From Eledone cirrhosa (Eukaryota), in contig OZ024756.1 in assembly GCA_964016885.1 (NCBI GenBank), positions 31,496,001 to 31,560,000 on the forward strand: 64,000 nucleotides of DNA, read 5' to 3'. Below the pieces are notes generated by a model that made no database searches, had not been told where the DNA came from, and was given only the letters and a program-made list of their open reading frames with translations. Every line of letters begins with the position of its first letter. Position 1 is the stretch's first letter. Of this stretch, positions 1 to 11,246 are shown piece by piece. The position numbers were made by a program, and so were the translations under genes.

Positions 1-2433
1 ACAAGGTACGACGGTTAGGCGGTAGCAGATGACAGACGCGATGTACGCGTTAGCCACCTCCGCTCGACCTTTCAGGGATAGCTTCCTCTCCGCCCATTTC
101 TGGGTGAGAGAAGCCACCCTGCTCGTCACCTCGTCCCAGTTTTTGTCCGTCTGGAGGTCCGGACCGAACCAGACCCCTAGCAATTTAACCGGTCCGTCCG
201 TCCAGCGCCCGACGACGCTGTTGGACGGCATGGACCTGCCTCTCCAGGTGCCGAGCTGCAGGCCCACTGACTTTTCCTGGTTGATCATTGCTCCTGTCAC
301 CGCTTCGTATTCTCTTAGTGTAGTGCCGATCGCCTCGATGTGTTTGGCGTTCGACACCACTACGGTGACATCGTCCGCATATGCTGACACGGATCTTCCG
401 CATCCTAGTTCGCGCGGGACTCCCCTCAACGTCTCCAGTTTGTGCAGTAATGGCTCGAGAGTCAATACGTACAAGAGGGACGAGAGGGGACATCCTTGGC
501 GGACCGAGCGCATGATGTTGAACGGTTCCGACAGGTGACCGTTCACTCTCACCACAGAGCAGATGTCGCTGTGCATGGCAGCGATCCAGCCTCTGAAGAC
601 GGGCCCAAAGCCAGCCGCCCTCAGGACTGCCGCTAGGTAACGATGGTCGACCCTATCGAAAGCTTTCGACTGATCTAAATTGATCAAGGACCCACCCGTG
701 CCAGGTTCCCTAGCTACCCTCTCTACGATGTATCGCATGAGGTGGAGGTTGTCGTGGATGGATCTGTCGGGAATGGCGCATGTCTGCGCCTCTCCCACCA
801 GACCACCAACGACAAGCGCCAACCTCTTTGCTAGCACCTTGGCCAAAATCTTAAACTCTGTGTTTAGCAGAGTTATGGGCCGGAAATTGTCTATGTTATC
901 CCCCTTGTTCGGATCCTTTCTCAGCAGTGCCACCGCTCCTCGGCTCACAGAACTGGGAATTCTCCCGTTCTGTTGCCAGTTGCAGTAGACGTCCGCCAAG
1001 AGGCCTCCGAACAAGTCTGGCATCTGTACGTAAAGTTCATAGGGCAGACCATCCAAACCAGGCGATTTACCCCTTGTGCAGCCAGTCATTGCCTCCCGTA
1101 CTTCAGCGGCTGTTATCGGCTTTTCGCAACACCTCGCCTCAGTGGCCGAGAGCCGCGGCAGCCCGTCGAGGTAGACACTAAAGTCCATCCCTCTACCCGG
1201 CCCCCCGCTGCCCCCGAACAGCTGAGCGAAGTGTCGCTGAAAAGCTTCACACATTTGCCCGGGATCGAGTAGCATGCGCCCGTCCTGGTCCACCAAAGAC
1301 CGGATCGTGGCTTTGTTGCCACGACGCGCCTCCGCCACTCGGGCCCATTGAACGGCTTTCGTCCCCTCGTGTCTGAGAGCACGCACCCTAGCTCTGACAA
1401 CGCAGCCTTCGTGCTTTGCATTGAAGAATTGGTCAAGGGCCAATTTCGCCGCAAGCACGTCGGTCGCAATGCCTTTGCTAAGCGCCTCGTCTAATTTTCT
1501 AACTAGTTCTCCCTCTGCTCTATTTTTCTCTATTGCTAAAGCCTTACTAAACCTAATCGATTCTATTCTAATCGCTCTTTTCAGAGCAAACCACCACTTG
1601 TTGTTGACGATGGCCCCCGTCAACGCCCGCTTAACTAGTTCGCTAATCCGGTCTCTGTAGGCCTTGCGCGCTGGTAAGGACGCGTTTAGCTTCCAGTAGC
1701 CGGGTCCTCGTCTATGAAGCCTATCTAAGTCAAGCACACAGGTCACGAATTTGTGGTCCGTGTAGCTGACTATCTTGAATTGTGGACAGCCTATGCTAGA
1801 CCTATCTATTTCCCTACAAAATACTCTATCTAGATATGATCTGGATGACCCTATGCGGTTTGTCCAAGTCCACATTGGCACATTCGGGAAATCCAATCGG
1901 TACCTGTCAGACAGTTCAAAACGCCTGAGCAGGTTGGTGAGGCTCTTGCACCCTCCACCCCTATCCGCTAATCCCACACAGTCCCAGCGTGCATCTAAGA
2001 TCCCGTTCCAGTCGCCCACTAACACTAAAGAGCGGGACGTTCCAAGAAAGGTCTCCAGACGCCGGAAGAAATCAGGCCGCCCTGCTCCTGTCGGGGCATA
2101 GACGGCCACTAGCCTGAAAGATTGCCCGTCTCCGCTGGTCACGTCCAGCACCACCAGCTTACCCTCTGGGTCCAGGAAGATGGCCCGTATGGCGAGATCC
2201 AAACCTCTCCGAAAAAGTACAGCAACTCCTCCACCGGATCCAGGACGGCTGGGAGATGCGTACACATCGTAGCCGCCGAAGATCGGTGCGAAGGCCCGTG
2301 CTTCGGAGATTCTGGTCTCGCTGATGGCCACTACATCTATGTTTAGTGACCTGAGGTCGTTGAGCAGGTGACCCTGCTTCCATGACGACCCCAAGCCACG
2401 CGCATTTATGCTGCCTATTCTGAGTGAGGTCAT
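1..2433 (-). CDS. LINE ORF2: APE endonuclease + reverse transcriptase (partial, open at the window edge)
   Basis: Manual translation from ATG 2433: MTSLRIGSINARGLG...DVVAISET (APE N-terminus), GPGYWKLNASL, KSPGLDGLPYELY, FRPITLLNTEFKILAK, LINLDQSKAFDRVDH, VRQGCPLS, AYADDVT (YADD Tyr codon 379-381, same frame as the ATG). No stop seen in the segments translated. Missing from the ORF track, presumably because no stop codon falls inside the window. Confidence 0.95.
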   Translation of the reverse strand, partial: MTSLRIGSINARGLGSSWKQGHLLNDLRSLNIDVVAISETRISEARAFAPIFGGYDVYASPSRPGSGGGVAVLFRRGLDLAIRAIFLDPEGKLVVLDVTSGDGQSFRLVAVYAPTGAGRPDFFRRLETFLGTSRSLVLVGDWNGILDARWDCVGLADRGGGCKSLTNLLRRFELSDRYRLDFPNVPMWTWTNRIGSSRSYLDRVFCREIDRSSIGCPQFKIVSYTDHKFVTCVLDLDRLHRRGPGYWKLNASLPARKAYRDRISELVKRALTGAIVNNKWWFALKRAIRIESIRFSKALAIEKNRAEGELVRKLDEALSKGIATDVLAAKLALDQFFNAKHEGCVVRARVRALRHEGTKAVQWARVAEARRGNKATIRSLVDQDGRMLLDPGQMCEAFQRHFAQLFGGSGGPGRGMDFSVYLDGLPRLSATEARCCEKPITAAEVREAMTGCTRGKSPGLDGLPYELYVQMPDLFGGLLADVYCNWQQNGRIPSSVSRGAVALLRKDPNKGDNIDNFRPITLLNTEFKILAKVLAKRLALVVGGLVGEAQTCAIPDRSIHDNLHLMRYIVERVAREPGTGGSLINLDQSKAFDRVDHRYLAAVLRAAGFGPVFRGWIAAMHSDICSVVRVNGHLSEPFNIMRSVRQGCPLSSLLYVLTLEPLLHKLETLRGVPRELGCGRSVSAYADDVTVVVSNAKHIEAIGTTLREYEAVTGAMINQEKSVGLQLGTWRGRSMPSNSVVGRWTDGPVKLLGVWFGPDLQTDKNWDEVTSRVASLTQKWAERKLSLKGRAEVANAYIASVICYRLTVVPC

Positions 2434-2468
2434 GTTTAAAATAGAGTGGAAAAGATGGGAAAGACCAC

Positions 2469-4592
2469 TTACCGTATTTTTGGTAGAGGAGGGATGGTTT
2501 TTACATCCCTTTTCACTTGATCGTCTGGTGAAGGGACCGTTGAATCGTCCCTTCGGCTGGTCGTCGGCTCTTCTAAGAGAATGTCTGAATATACTCTTCG
2601 ATTAATGGTTCCTCCTAGGTCCCTGAAATCACCAACTGCGTTGGGGAATTTCGTTTTAATGTTTGTGTATTGTTTCTGTGCTATTTTTAGCAGTCTTATG
2701 TTAGTTGGCGTTTTGATTGGTGCTGGTATTATGTAGTCCTGTTGTGAAATGTCTGTGTGTTCAATTATGTAAGTCATTAGTTTCTTGTTGTGTGTGTTTA
2801 TTGCCGTGCATTTGTTTTTCTGGGGGTGGGGTGTGGTTCTGCTATTTTCTTGTCGTTGTTGCTGGGTGTGTGTGTTTTGTTGTTGTGTTTGCGATGTTGG
2901 TGCTTGTGGTGTTGAAGGTGTTGTTGGCGGTGGGGTTGTCGCCGGTGGTGATGGTGGTGCTGGTGTGGGTGGTGATGGTGTTGGTGGTGTTGCTGCTGTG
3001 GGTCTCTTTGCAGTAGACTTTACCCTTTTCTCATTTCTTTCCTCCCTTTTCAAAGGCGACGATGCGCTGCTTCTGCGTTTGTGCCTTCTTGAGACCTTTT
3101 GCCATCCCTCTCCCACCTCACACTCCATGTCTGATTCTGTAAGGTCGGGGAGGGGTACCAGCTCCACTCTTTCACTTGTTGTTGTTGGTGATGTTTGCAC
3201 TGGAGTCTCTGTTGCAGCTGCATTTGGTATTGCTGTTGTTGTTGTTAATATTTCCACTGCTGCTGCTGTCTTTGATTTCTGTGGAGTGGGTATGGGTGCC
3301 ACGGACCTATCGTTCCTGGTTGCCGCTTGTCCTGTTGCTGGTAGCCGTGGAACCGGATTCGGGAGGAGGGGGGTTTTCTCCTTTCTCAGGGTCTTCTCGT
3401 TGCAGAAGGCCCTGAGGTGAGTCTTCGATCCACAGCGAAAGCATTTCGGGCGTTTGCCCTCAACACTTATGGGCAGTTGAGTGCCGTTATCGAAGTCTAT
3501 CACATCCGGGATAGCTTCGATGCACTCCTGGTTGGTTTGGATTAGCATCTCAATGGAGGAGCCGACCCAATCTTCTCTTACTTTTTTCTGTACTTGCAGT
3601 ACAGTTGTTTTGTCCTCGATTCCGACGAGGACAGACGCGGCCAGCCAAGAAGGGGTCATTCCGGGGGGGACGTGGGTCAGTTTGACCCTCACAATTTTTT
3701 GCCCGCAGTAGGAGGGCACCAACACCATTTCCTCGCTCCTTAGGGTCACTACTGATTGGGCCTTTGCCTCCTGGGGTGTGGCAAAAAGTACGTCTACGGT
3801 GGCGTATTTTTTGCCTCGGGTGATGTGCGTTTTCCTCTGCCACACAGACCCCAAGGCTTTTTGTATTTGGGCCTCTGTGGCTCTTTCCACCCTACGGGAT
3901 TTTGTACTTACTGTACGGTACGTGACCGTACAGTGCTCTTGGGTTTCGAAAAAATTTTTCGCTGCCTTGCAGATTGCTCGGTGTCCGTTCTTTGTCACCA
4001 TCTTCTTCGCTTCCTCTAATTCCTCATTTGTTATGAGGATTGTTTCCAGGTTTTTCGCAATACCTGCAAATGAGATTGGTTTTTCTCTGCTGTTGTTGTT
4101 GTCGTCAGAGCTGCTGGTACTTTTGTTGTTGCTGCAGGTACTACGACTACTGCCTCCGCCGCTGTTGCTGTGGTTGTTGTTGGTGTTGCTGCTGCTAATG
4201 CTGTTGTTGTTTATGCTGCTGGTGATGCTGTTGCGGCTGCTACTGTTGTTTTCATTGTCACTGTTGCTGTTGTTATTACGGCTGCTACTGCTATTATTCC
4301 TGACGTCAGACGAATGAACTGGGTTTTCGTATTTCCCGCACACCTGTTTCGTCGCTGTCGTCGTCGTCGTGGAGAAACCTTGCACGCTTTGCACGAGACT
4401 TTTCTTTTCTTTCGTCGCTTGCGAAAGAGAAGGGAGGGAGAGAGACACATTTAAAGAAGGGAGGGAGAGAGACAATCTTCTCTCTGCTGTAGTGATGATT
4501 GAGGAAGAAGAAGACGGAATGAGTGGGAGTGACGTATGAAATTTCTTTTTGGTAGCCATGTTTTTTTGTTTAAAATGAAATTTTGGGTACAA
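2469..4592 (-). CDS. LINE ORF1 nucleic-acid-binding protein with CCHC zinc knuckle (first ATG at 4559)
   Basis: 707-aa ORF directly upstream of ORF2. Contains CFRCGSKTHLRAFC (CX2CX4HX4C), a GWQKVSRRHKRR basic motif, and Ser/Asn- and Pro/Thr-rich low-complexity tracts. Confidence 0.88.
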   Translation of the reverse strand: MYPKFHFKQKNMATKKKFHTSLPLIPSSSSSIITTAERRLSLSLPSLNVSLSLPSLSQATKEKKSLVQSVQGFSTTTTTATKQVCGKYENPVHSSDVRNNSSSSRNNNSNSDNENNSSSRNSITSSINNNSISSSNTNNNHSNSGGGSSRSTCSNNKSTSSSDDNNNSREKPISFAGIAKNLETILITNEELEEAKKMVTKNGHRAICKAAKNFFETQEHCTVTYRTVSTKSRRVERATEAQIQKALGSVWQRKTHITRGKKYATVDVLFATPQEAKAQSVVTLRSEEMVLVPSYCGQKIVRVKLTHVPPGMTPSWLAASVLVGIEDKTTVLQVQKKVREDWVGSSIEMLIQTNQECIEAIPDVIDFDNGTQLPISVEGKRPKCFRCGSKTHLRAFCNEKTLRKEKTPLLPNPVPRLPATGQAATRNDRSVAPIPTPQKSKTAAAVEILTTTTAIPNAAATETPVQTSPTTTSERVELVPLPDLTESDMECEVGEGWQKVSRRHKRRSSASSPLKREERNEKRVKSTAKRPTAATPPTPSPPTPAPPSPPATTPPPTTPSTPQAPTSQTQQQNTHTQQQRQENSRTTPHPQKNKCTAINTHNKKLMTYIIEHTDISQQDYIIPAPIKTPTNIRLLKIAQKQYTNIKTKFPNAVGDFRDLGGTINRRVYSDILLEEPTTSRRDDSTVPSPDDQVKRDVKTIPPLPKIR

Positions 4593-4790
4593 AACCCCAA
4601 TAACTGGTTATTTAACCCCGAAGGGCCAAATAACGGACAGAAAGACCCCTCTCACGAGGAGGAGGGTGTCTTTATCAACAATTTGGTTCAAGTTTTAAAC
4701 AATTTACAATTGTTTTAACGGTTAAAAATTACTATACCTTACAGAGCCGAGCCTCCGTCAACCATGGCATTCAATAATAATAATAATAAT

Positions 4791-4985
4791 AATGGTTCCT
4801 TATTTAGGCACAAGGCCAACAATTTGGGGGAGTGGAATGTCGATTAAATCGACACCAGTGCGTTACTGGTAATTTATTTTATCGACCCCGTAAGTATGAA
4901 AGGCAAAGTTAACCTCGGCGGGATTTGAACTCAGATCATAAAGGGATGTAACTCTTTCCTGCAATACTGCCAATCCGCCGCCCTT
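4791..4985 (-). mobile_element. tRNA-derived Meta-domain SINE, near full length
   Basis: On the minus strand: TTGGCAGTATTG (A-box-like), GAGTTCAAATCC (B box), GCCTTTCATACTTACGGGGTCGATAAAATAAA (Meta-like core), then an (ATT)n tail. Confidence 0.85.
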
Positions 4986-5010
4986 GAACAATAATAATAA
5001 TAATAATAAT

Positions 5011-5135
5011 AATGGTTTCTTATATAGGCACAAGGCCAGCAATTTGGGGAGAGGGGAAAGTCGATTAAATCGACTCCGGTACATTACTGGTACTTTATTG
5101 TATCGACCCCGTAAGGATGAAAGGCAAAGCTAACC
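5011..5135 (-). mobile_element. Meta-domain SINE, 5'-truncated
   Basis: Meta core plus 3' end CCTTGTGCCTATATAAGAAACC-(ATT)n; tandem with the previous copy. Confidence 0.8.
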
Positions 5136-5159
5136 TATAACGTAATTTTCAATGAGATT

Positions 5160-5288
5160 CTGCATGATGCAGTACGTAACAAGTGTAATCCTTTGAATCA
5201 CAGCAACGACACATATATTTCCAGTTGAGGGCACAGGAGCAAATGTACTGTCAACAGAACACTAACCACTAAGTCACGTGCCTTCACA
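5160..5288 (-). mobile_element. Degenerate second-family tRNA SINE fragment
   Basis: ctaaccactaagtcacgtgccttcac matches the heads of the copies at 38930-39052 and 60561-60683. Confidence 0.5.
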
Positions 5289-5491
5289 ATTTGATATAAG
5301 TATGTCATCCATATTGTTAATTAATAAAACTATTATATACCAACTTTTCAAGTCCTATTTGTTTATATATATATATATGTGTGTGTGGGTGTGAGTGTGT
5401 GCATGTGTGTGTGTGTGTGTGTATTTGTGTGTATATCTGTGTATATCTACATACATACAATTAACATATAGAAACAAACATTTTTTACATT

Positions 5492-5583
<92 letters not shown>

Positions 5584-5669
5584 TACATCTTAAGGTGTCT
5601 GCGTATATAGATATAATGTTGGAATTATGTTATATATATATCTAAAGATATATATATATATATCTAAAG

Positions 5670-5746
<77 letters not shown>

Positions 5747-5762
5747 ATATATAAATATATAT

Positions 5763-5899
<137 letters not shown>

Positions 5900-5963
5900 T
5901 ACATCTTAAGGTGTCTGCGTATATAGATATAATGTTGGAATTATGTTATATATATATCTAAAG

Positions 5964-6034
<71 letters not shown>

Positions 6035-6079
6035 ATATATTTATATATATATGTGTGTATGTGTGTGTGTGCATACATA

Positions 6080-6140
<61 letters not shown>

Positions 6141-6195
6141 CATAATTCCAACATGATATCTATACACCTTAAGATATATACATGTACCTACATAC

Positions 6196-6226
<31 letters not shown>

Positions 6227-6288
6227 CATACATACATACATACATACATACATACATACATACATACATACATACATACATACATACA

Positions 6289-6320
<32 letters not shown>

Positions 6321-6412
6321 CCTACACATATACATACAGAATATTGTTTTCTAAATTACATACTAATGGAATCCTAATATACCCAGGAGGCAAAACTTTA
6401 GTAGTCTAAGAA

Positions 6413-6678
6413 CTACTTATTATTTCCCTCATCATCACCATCATCATCATCATCATCATCATAATTATAATCAACTTCATCATCATCATCATCATCATCA
6501 ACATCACCATCATTATCATCCTCATCATCTACATCATCATCATCATCATCACCACCATCACCACCATCACCATCACCACCATCATCATCACTATCATCAT
6601 CATCAACATCATCATCAACATCGTCATCATCATCATCACTATCATTAGTATTGTCGCTGTTGCTGTTGTTGTAGCTGT

Positions 6679-6730
<52 letters not shown>
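6413..6730. repeat. (CAT)n/(TTG)n trinucleotide microsatellites
   Basis: Directly visible simple repeats. Confidence 0.9.
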
Positions 6731-6971
6731 AACCTTTAATACTAATACTACTTCTATCAATAAATTATTATCAAATATCTCAACTACTAATTAAAATTAC
6801 TTTGTTACATTGTTAATTGGTCTTGCAGTCTTCTCTTTGCTTAAAATAACAGTTAAGTTGTATTAATGATACCGCGTAAAGAATTCCCGCCCTTTTCCAC
6901 GTCACAAATTGTATGGCATTATCTATCCACTGCGTAACAACACCTTTTCTCGACGTATCATGTGGTGGTTG

Positions 6972-8310
6972 TTAACAAAAACAACAACTACAACAATAAC
7001 TACAGCAACAACAGCAGCCACAACAACAACTACAACTACAAAAACAGCAACAGCCGCAACAACAACTACAACAGCCACAGCCACAACAACTACAACTACA
7101 AAAACAGCAACAGCCGCAACAACAACTACAACAGCCACAACAACTACAACAACAAAAACAGCAACAGCCGCAACAACAACTACAACAGCCACAACAACTA
7201 CAACAACAAAAACAGCAACAGCCGCAACAACAACTACAACAGCCACAGCCACAACAACAACTACAACAACAAAAACAGCAACAGCCGCAACAACAACTAC
7301 AACAGCAACAACAACTACAACAACTACAACAACAAAAACAGCAACAGCCGCAACAACAACTACAACAGCAACAACAACTACAACAACTACAACAACAAAA
7401 ACAGCAACAGCCGCAACAACAACTACAACAACTACAACAACAAAAACAGCAACAGCCGCAACAACAACTACAACTACAACAACAAAAACAGCAACAGCCG
7501 CAACAACAACTACAACAACTACAACAACAAAAACAGCAACAGCCGCAACAACAACTACAATAGCCACAGCCACAACAACAACTACAACAACAAAAACAGC
7601 AACAGCCGCAACAACAACTACAACAGCCACAGCCACAACAACAACTACAACAACAAAAACAGCAACAGCCGCAACAACAACTACAACAGCCACAGTCACA
7701 ACAACAACTACAACAACAAAAACAGCAAGAGCCGCAACAACAACTACAACAGCCACAGCCACAACAACAACTACAACAACAAAAACAGCAACAGCCGCAA
7801 CAACAACAGCCACAGCCACAACAACAACTACAACAACAAAAACAGCAACAGCCGCAACAACAACAGCAACAGCCGCAACAACAACTACAACAGCCACAGT
7901 CACAACAACAACTACAACAACAAAAACAGCAACAGCCGCAACAACAACAGCCACAGCCACAACAACAACTACAACAACAAAAACAGCAACAGCCGCAACA
8001 ACAACAGCCACAGTCACAACAACAACTACAACAACAAAAACAGCAACAGCCGCAACAACAACAGCAACAGCCGCAACAACAACTACAACAGCCACAGCCA
8101 CAACAACAACTACAACAACTACAACAACAAAAACAGCAACAACCGCAACAACAACTACAACAACTACAACAACAAAAACAGCAACAGCCGCAACAACAAC
8201 TACAACAACTACAACAACAAAAACAGCAACAGCCGCAACAACAACTACAACAACTACAACAACAAAAACAGCAACAGCCGCAACAACAACTACAACAACT
8301 ACAACAACAG
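6972..8310. repeat. ACA-derived minisatellite A (core AAAACAGCAACAGCCGCAACAACAACTACA, variable unit length)
   Basis: Repeating core with variable ACA/GCCACA spacers; unit lengths are multiples of 3. Confidence 0.9.
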
Positions 8311-8509
8311 CAGCAACAGGAACCGCAAACACACCAATAATAACAACAGCTGCATTAACAACAACATCAACAAGAACCGCAACCGCATCAATAACAACAG
8401 CAGCCGCACAAACGTCAACAACACAGCAACAATAAAAACTATAACAATAGACAGAGAAACACTAGTAACAACAACTACAACAACAAAACAACAAGGACCG
8501 CAACAACAA

Positions 8510-9550
8510 CAAAACAACAAGAACCGCAACAACAACTACAACAACAGAAACAACAACAAGAACCGCAACAACAACTACAACAACAGAAACAACAACAAGA
8601 ACCGCAACAACAACTACAACAACAGAAACAACAAGAACCGCAACAACAACTACAACAACAGAAACAACAACAAGAACCGCAACAACAACTACAACAACAG
8701 AAACAACAAGAACCGCAACAACAACTACAACAACAGAAACAACAACAAGAACCGCAACAACAACTACAACAACAGAAACAACAAGAACCGTAACAACAAC
8801 TACAACAACAGAAACAACAACAAGAACCGCAACAACAACTACAACAACAGAAACAACAAGAACCGCAACAACAACTTCAACAACAGAAACAACAACAAGA
8901 ACCGCAACAACAACTACAACAACAGAAACAACAAGAACCGCAACAACAACTACAACAACAGAAACAACAACAAGAACCGCAACAACAACTACAACAGAAA
9001 CAACAAGAACCGCAACAACAACTACAACAACAGAAACAACAACAAGAACCGCAACAACAACTACAACAACAGAAACAACAAGAACCGCAACAACAACTAC
9101 AACAACAGAAACAACAACAAGAACCGCAACAACAACTACAACAACAGAAACAACAAGAACCGCAACAACAACTACAACAACAGAAACAACAACAAGAACC
9201 GCAACAACAACTACAACAACAGAAACAACAAGAACCGCTACAACAACAGAAACAACAACAAGAACCGCAACAACAACTACAACAACAGAAACAACAAGAA
9301 CCGCAACAACAACTACAACAACAGAAACAACAACAAGAACCGCAACAACAACTACAACAACAGAAACAACAAGAACCGCAACAACAACTACAACAACAGA
9401 AACAACAACAAAAACCGCAACAACAACTACAACAACAGAAACAACAACAAGAACCGCAACAACAACTACAACGACAGAAACAACAACAACTACAACGACA
9501 GAAACAACAACAACAACCGCAACAATAACTACAACAATAACAACGACTAC
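8510..9550. repeat. ACA-derived minisatellite B (33/36-bp unit AAGAACCGCAACAACAACTACAACAACAGAAACAAC)
   Basis: Highly homogeneous, largely alternating 33- and 36-bp units. Confidence 0.9.
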
Positions 9551-9614
9551 AACAACTACAAGAACAACAGTCACATCATAGGCCGAGGAAAGGTGTTGTT
9601 ACTCAGTAAATAAT

Positions 9615-9826
9615 AATTGTTTCTACTTTTGGCACAAGGCCATCAATTATCCCAGTACATTACTGGTACTTTATTTTATCGACCCCGTAAGGATGAAAGG
9701 CTAAGTTAACATCGGCGGCATTTGAACTCAGACCATAAAGGGCCGTAACTGATCTGAGTTAAAATCCCGCTGAGGTTAACTTTGCCTTTCATCCTTACGG
9801 GGTCGATAAAATAAAGTACCAGTAAT
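9615..9826. mobile_element. Head-to-head pair of Meta-SINE fragments (9615-9748 minus, 9751-9826 plus)
   Basis: B box and Meta core present in both orientations, directly adjacent. Confidence 0.8.
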
Positions 9827-10085
9827 ACTCTAAGGTTACTAATGTTGTTCTGACTGTTGTTGTTTTTGTTATAGGTTTTGTTGTTGTTCTCCCTTTCAGT
9901 ATAGGTGCTCCAGCTATACACATATATACGCGTTGTATACACGATGTTTATGAAAAACATTAGACAGCCTTCTGCTGTCACATATATTCAGTCTCAGTAC
10001 GGGGGTAGCTGTAAACAGCTGATTGCTATGTGCATAGTAAAAGGTGGGGTTAAGATATAACCTCATATTCATATTAAGCGGTAGA

Positions 10086-10188
<103 letters not shown>

Positions 10189-10324
10189 GACAGAGAGTAT
10201 ATATATATATGAAGAGGGCTCCATAATGATAATATATTTATAAATATATATAAAAACTAAAAGGTAAATAGAAATAGCAACACAATCGGTACAGTATATG
10301 GAAGGTATATATTAGGTTAGAGGG

Positions 10325-10360
10325 TCTTAACGTTTCGGACGCTAGTCCTTCATCAGAAGA
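10325..10360 (-). ncRNA. Minimal type I hammerhead ribozyme, Penelope-like-element type
   Basis: Minus strand reads TCTT-CTGATGA-A-GGAC-TAGC-GTCC-GAAA-CG-TT-AAGA: stem I TCTT/AAGA, stem II GGAC/GTCC, palindromic ACGT in place of stem III. Confidence 0.75.
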
Positions 10361-10471
10361 AAGAATGAGAAATAAAATAGATTGATGGGATGGGCAGGAT
10401 GGAATTGGAAAAAATGTCTTTAGATAAAAATAACAGGTCCATTCGTATATATATATATATATATATATTTA

Positions 10472-10603
10472 TTTATTAAAGTAACAGATTAAAGTTTAAG
10501 CAAGGGATCGCTGCTTTCACCCTTAACGGGGTCATTTCAGAAGATCCCGTTAAGGGTGAAAGCAGCGATTCTTTGCTTAAACTTTAATCTGTTATTTTAA
10601 TAA
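10472..10603. repeat. ~60-bp-arm inverted repeat of a dispersed TA-embedded family (other copies 30448-30548, 47267-47322)
   Basis: AACAGATTAAAGTTTAAGCAA..ATCGCTGCTTTCACCCTTAACGG followed by its reverse complement. Confidence 0.8.
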
Positions 10604-10836
10604 ATATTTGCTCTACGGTTCTTATATATTTGATATATATTTATCCTTATCGAGCCCTCATTGGATTTTAGTCTTCAAATTTATTATTATTACTATATAT
10701 ATATATAAATAAATATATATATATATATATATAAATATATATATATATCGTTTTCGAACCATTTTTTTAAATTATGTTTTTCCTTACATAACGTGATCTG
10801 TATAAAACGGTTTCTAGCGTCCACACTTTTTTTCAT

Positions 10837-10921
<85 letters not shown>

Positions 10922-11119
10922 AGTCGATATCTTCAGTCAATTGTAATTTCATCTTAAGATTTTAAAGTGATTTTCATCCCCGAGTGACCTATCATAATAT
11001 TATTGTTATATCTTAAACATAGAATTTCCAACAATGAAATATTATGAAATATCTACCAAAATTGTTCTAAATATATTATTATTTTTTTTTTTTATTTTCT
11101 TATATAAATAGTAAAAATA

Positions 11120-11216
11120 TTTATACGCACAAAACCCACATCGTACCGTCCTGTACCGTCCTGTGCCGTCTGTAATGTTTTTCTTGATGTCAGCCCTTGT
11201 GGCCAATAAAGAATTC
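11120..11216 (+). mobile_element. 3' UTR tail of a Tx1-like LINE (5'-truncated)
   Basis: GTACCGTCCTG...CCCTTGTGGCCAATAAAGAATTC-(ATT)n, homologous to 56960-57039. Confidence 0.7.
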
Positions 11217-11246
11217 ATTATTATTATTATTATTATTATTATTCAC

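Larger units (their letters stand above)
1..4772 (-). mobile_element. Non-LTR retrotransposon (LINE), L1/Tx1 clade, 5' portion; 3' end lies beyond the window start
   Basis: Two long minus-strand ORFs (ORF1 2469-4592, ORF2 from ATG 2433 to the window edge) with a 35-nt spacer. The 5' end abuts an (AAT)n tract at 4773-4793. Confidence 0.93.
6928..9608. mobile_element. Putative non-autonomous DNA transposon: ~38-bp TIRs enclosing a 2.6-kb minisatellite
   Basis: 6928-6965 CACTGCGTAACAACACCTTTTCTCGACGTATCATGTGG is the reverse complement of 9571-9608 at 31/38 positions. No clear TSD. Confidence 0.55.

Noticed and set aside
29-2605. Plus-strand ORFs overlapping the LINE
   Set aside because: Antisense shadows of ORF2, with no independent motifs.
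6909-9613. 508-aa Thr-rich and 883-aa Asn-rich ORFs as mucin or prion-like proteins
   Set aside because: Several frames on both strands are open because the ACA-based repeats lack stops; there is no signal peptide or other domain.
10535-10570. CAGAAGA-TCCC-GTTAA-GGGT-GAAAGC as a hammerhead variant
   Set aside because: The core deviates from CUGANGA, and there is no stem III, UH site or stem I pairing.
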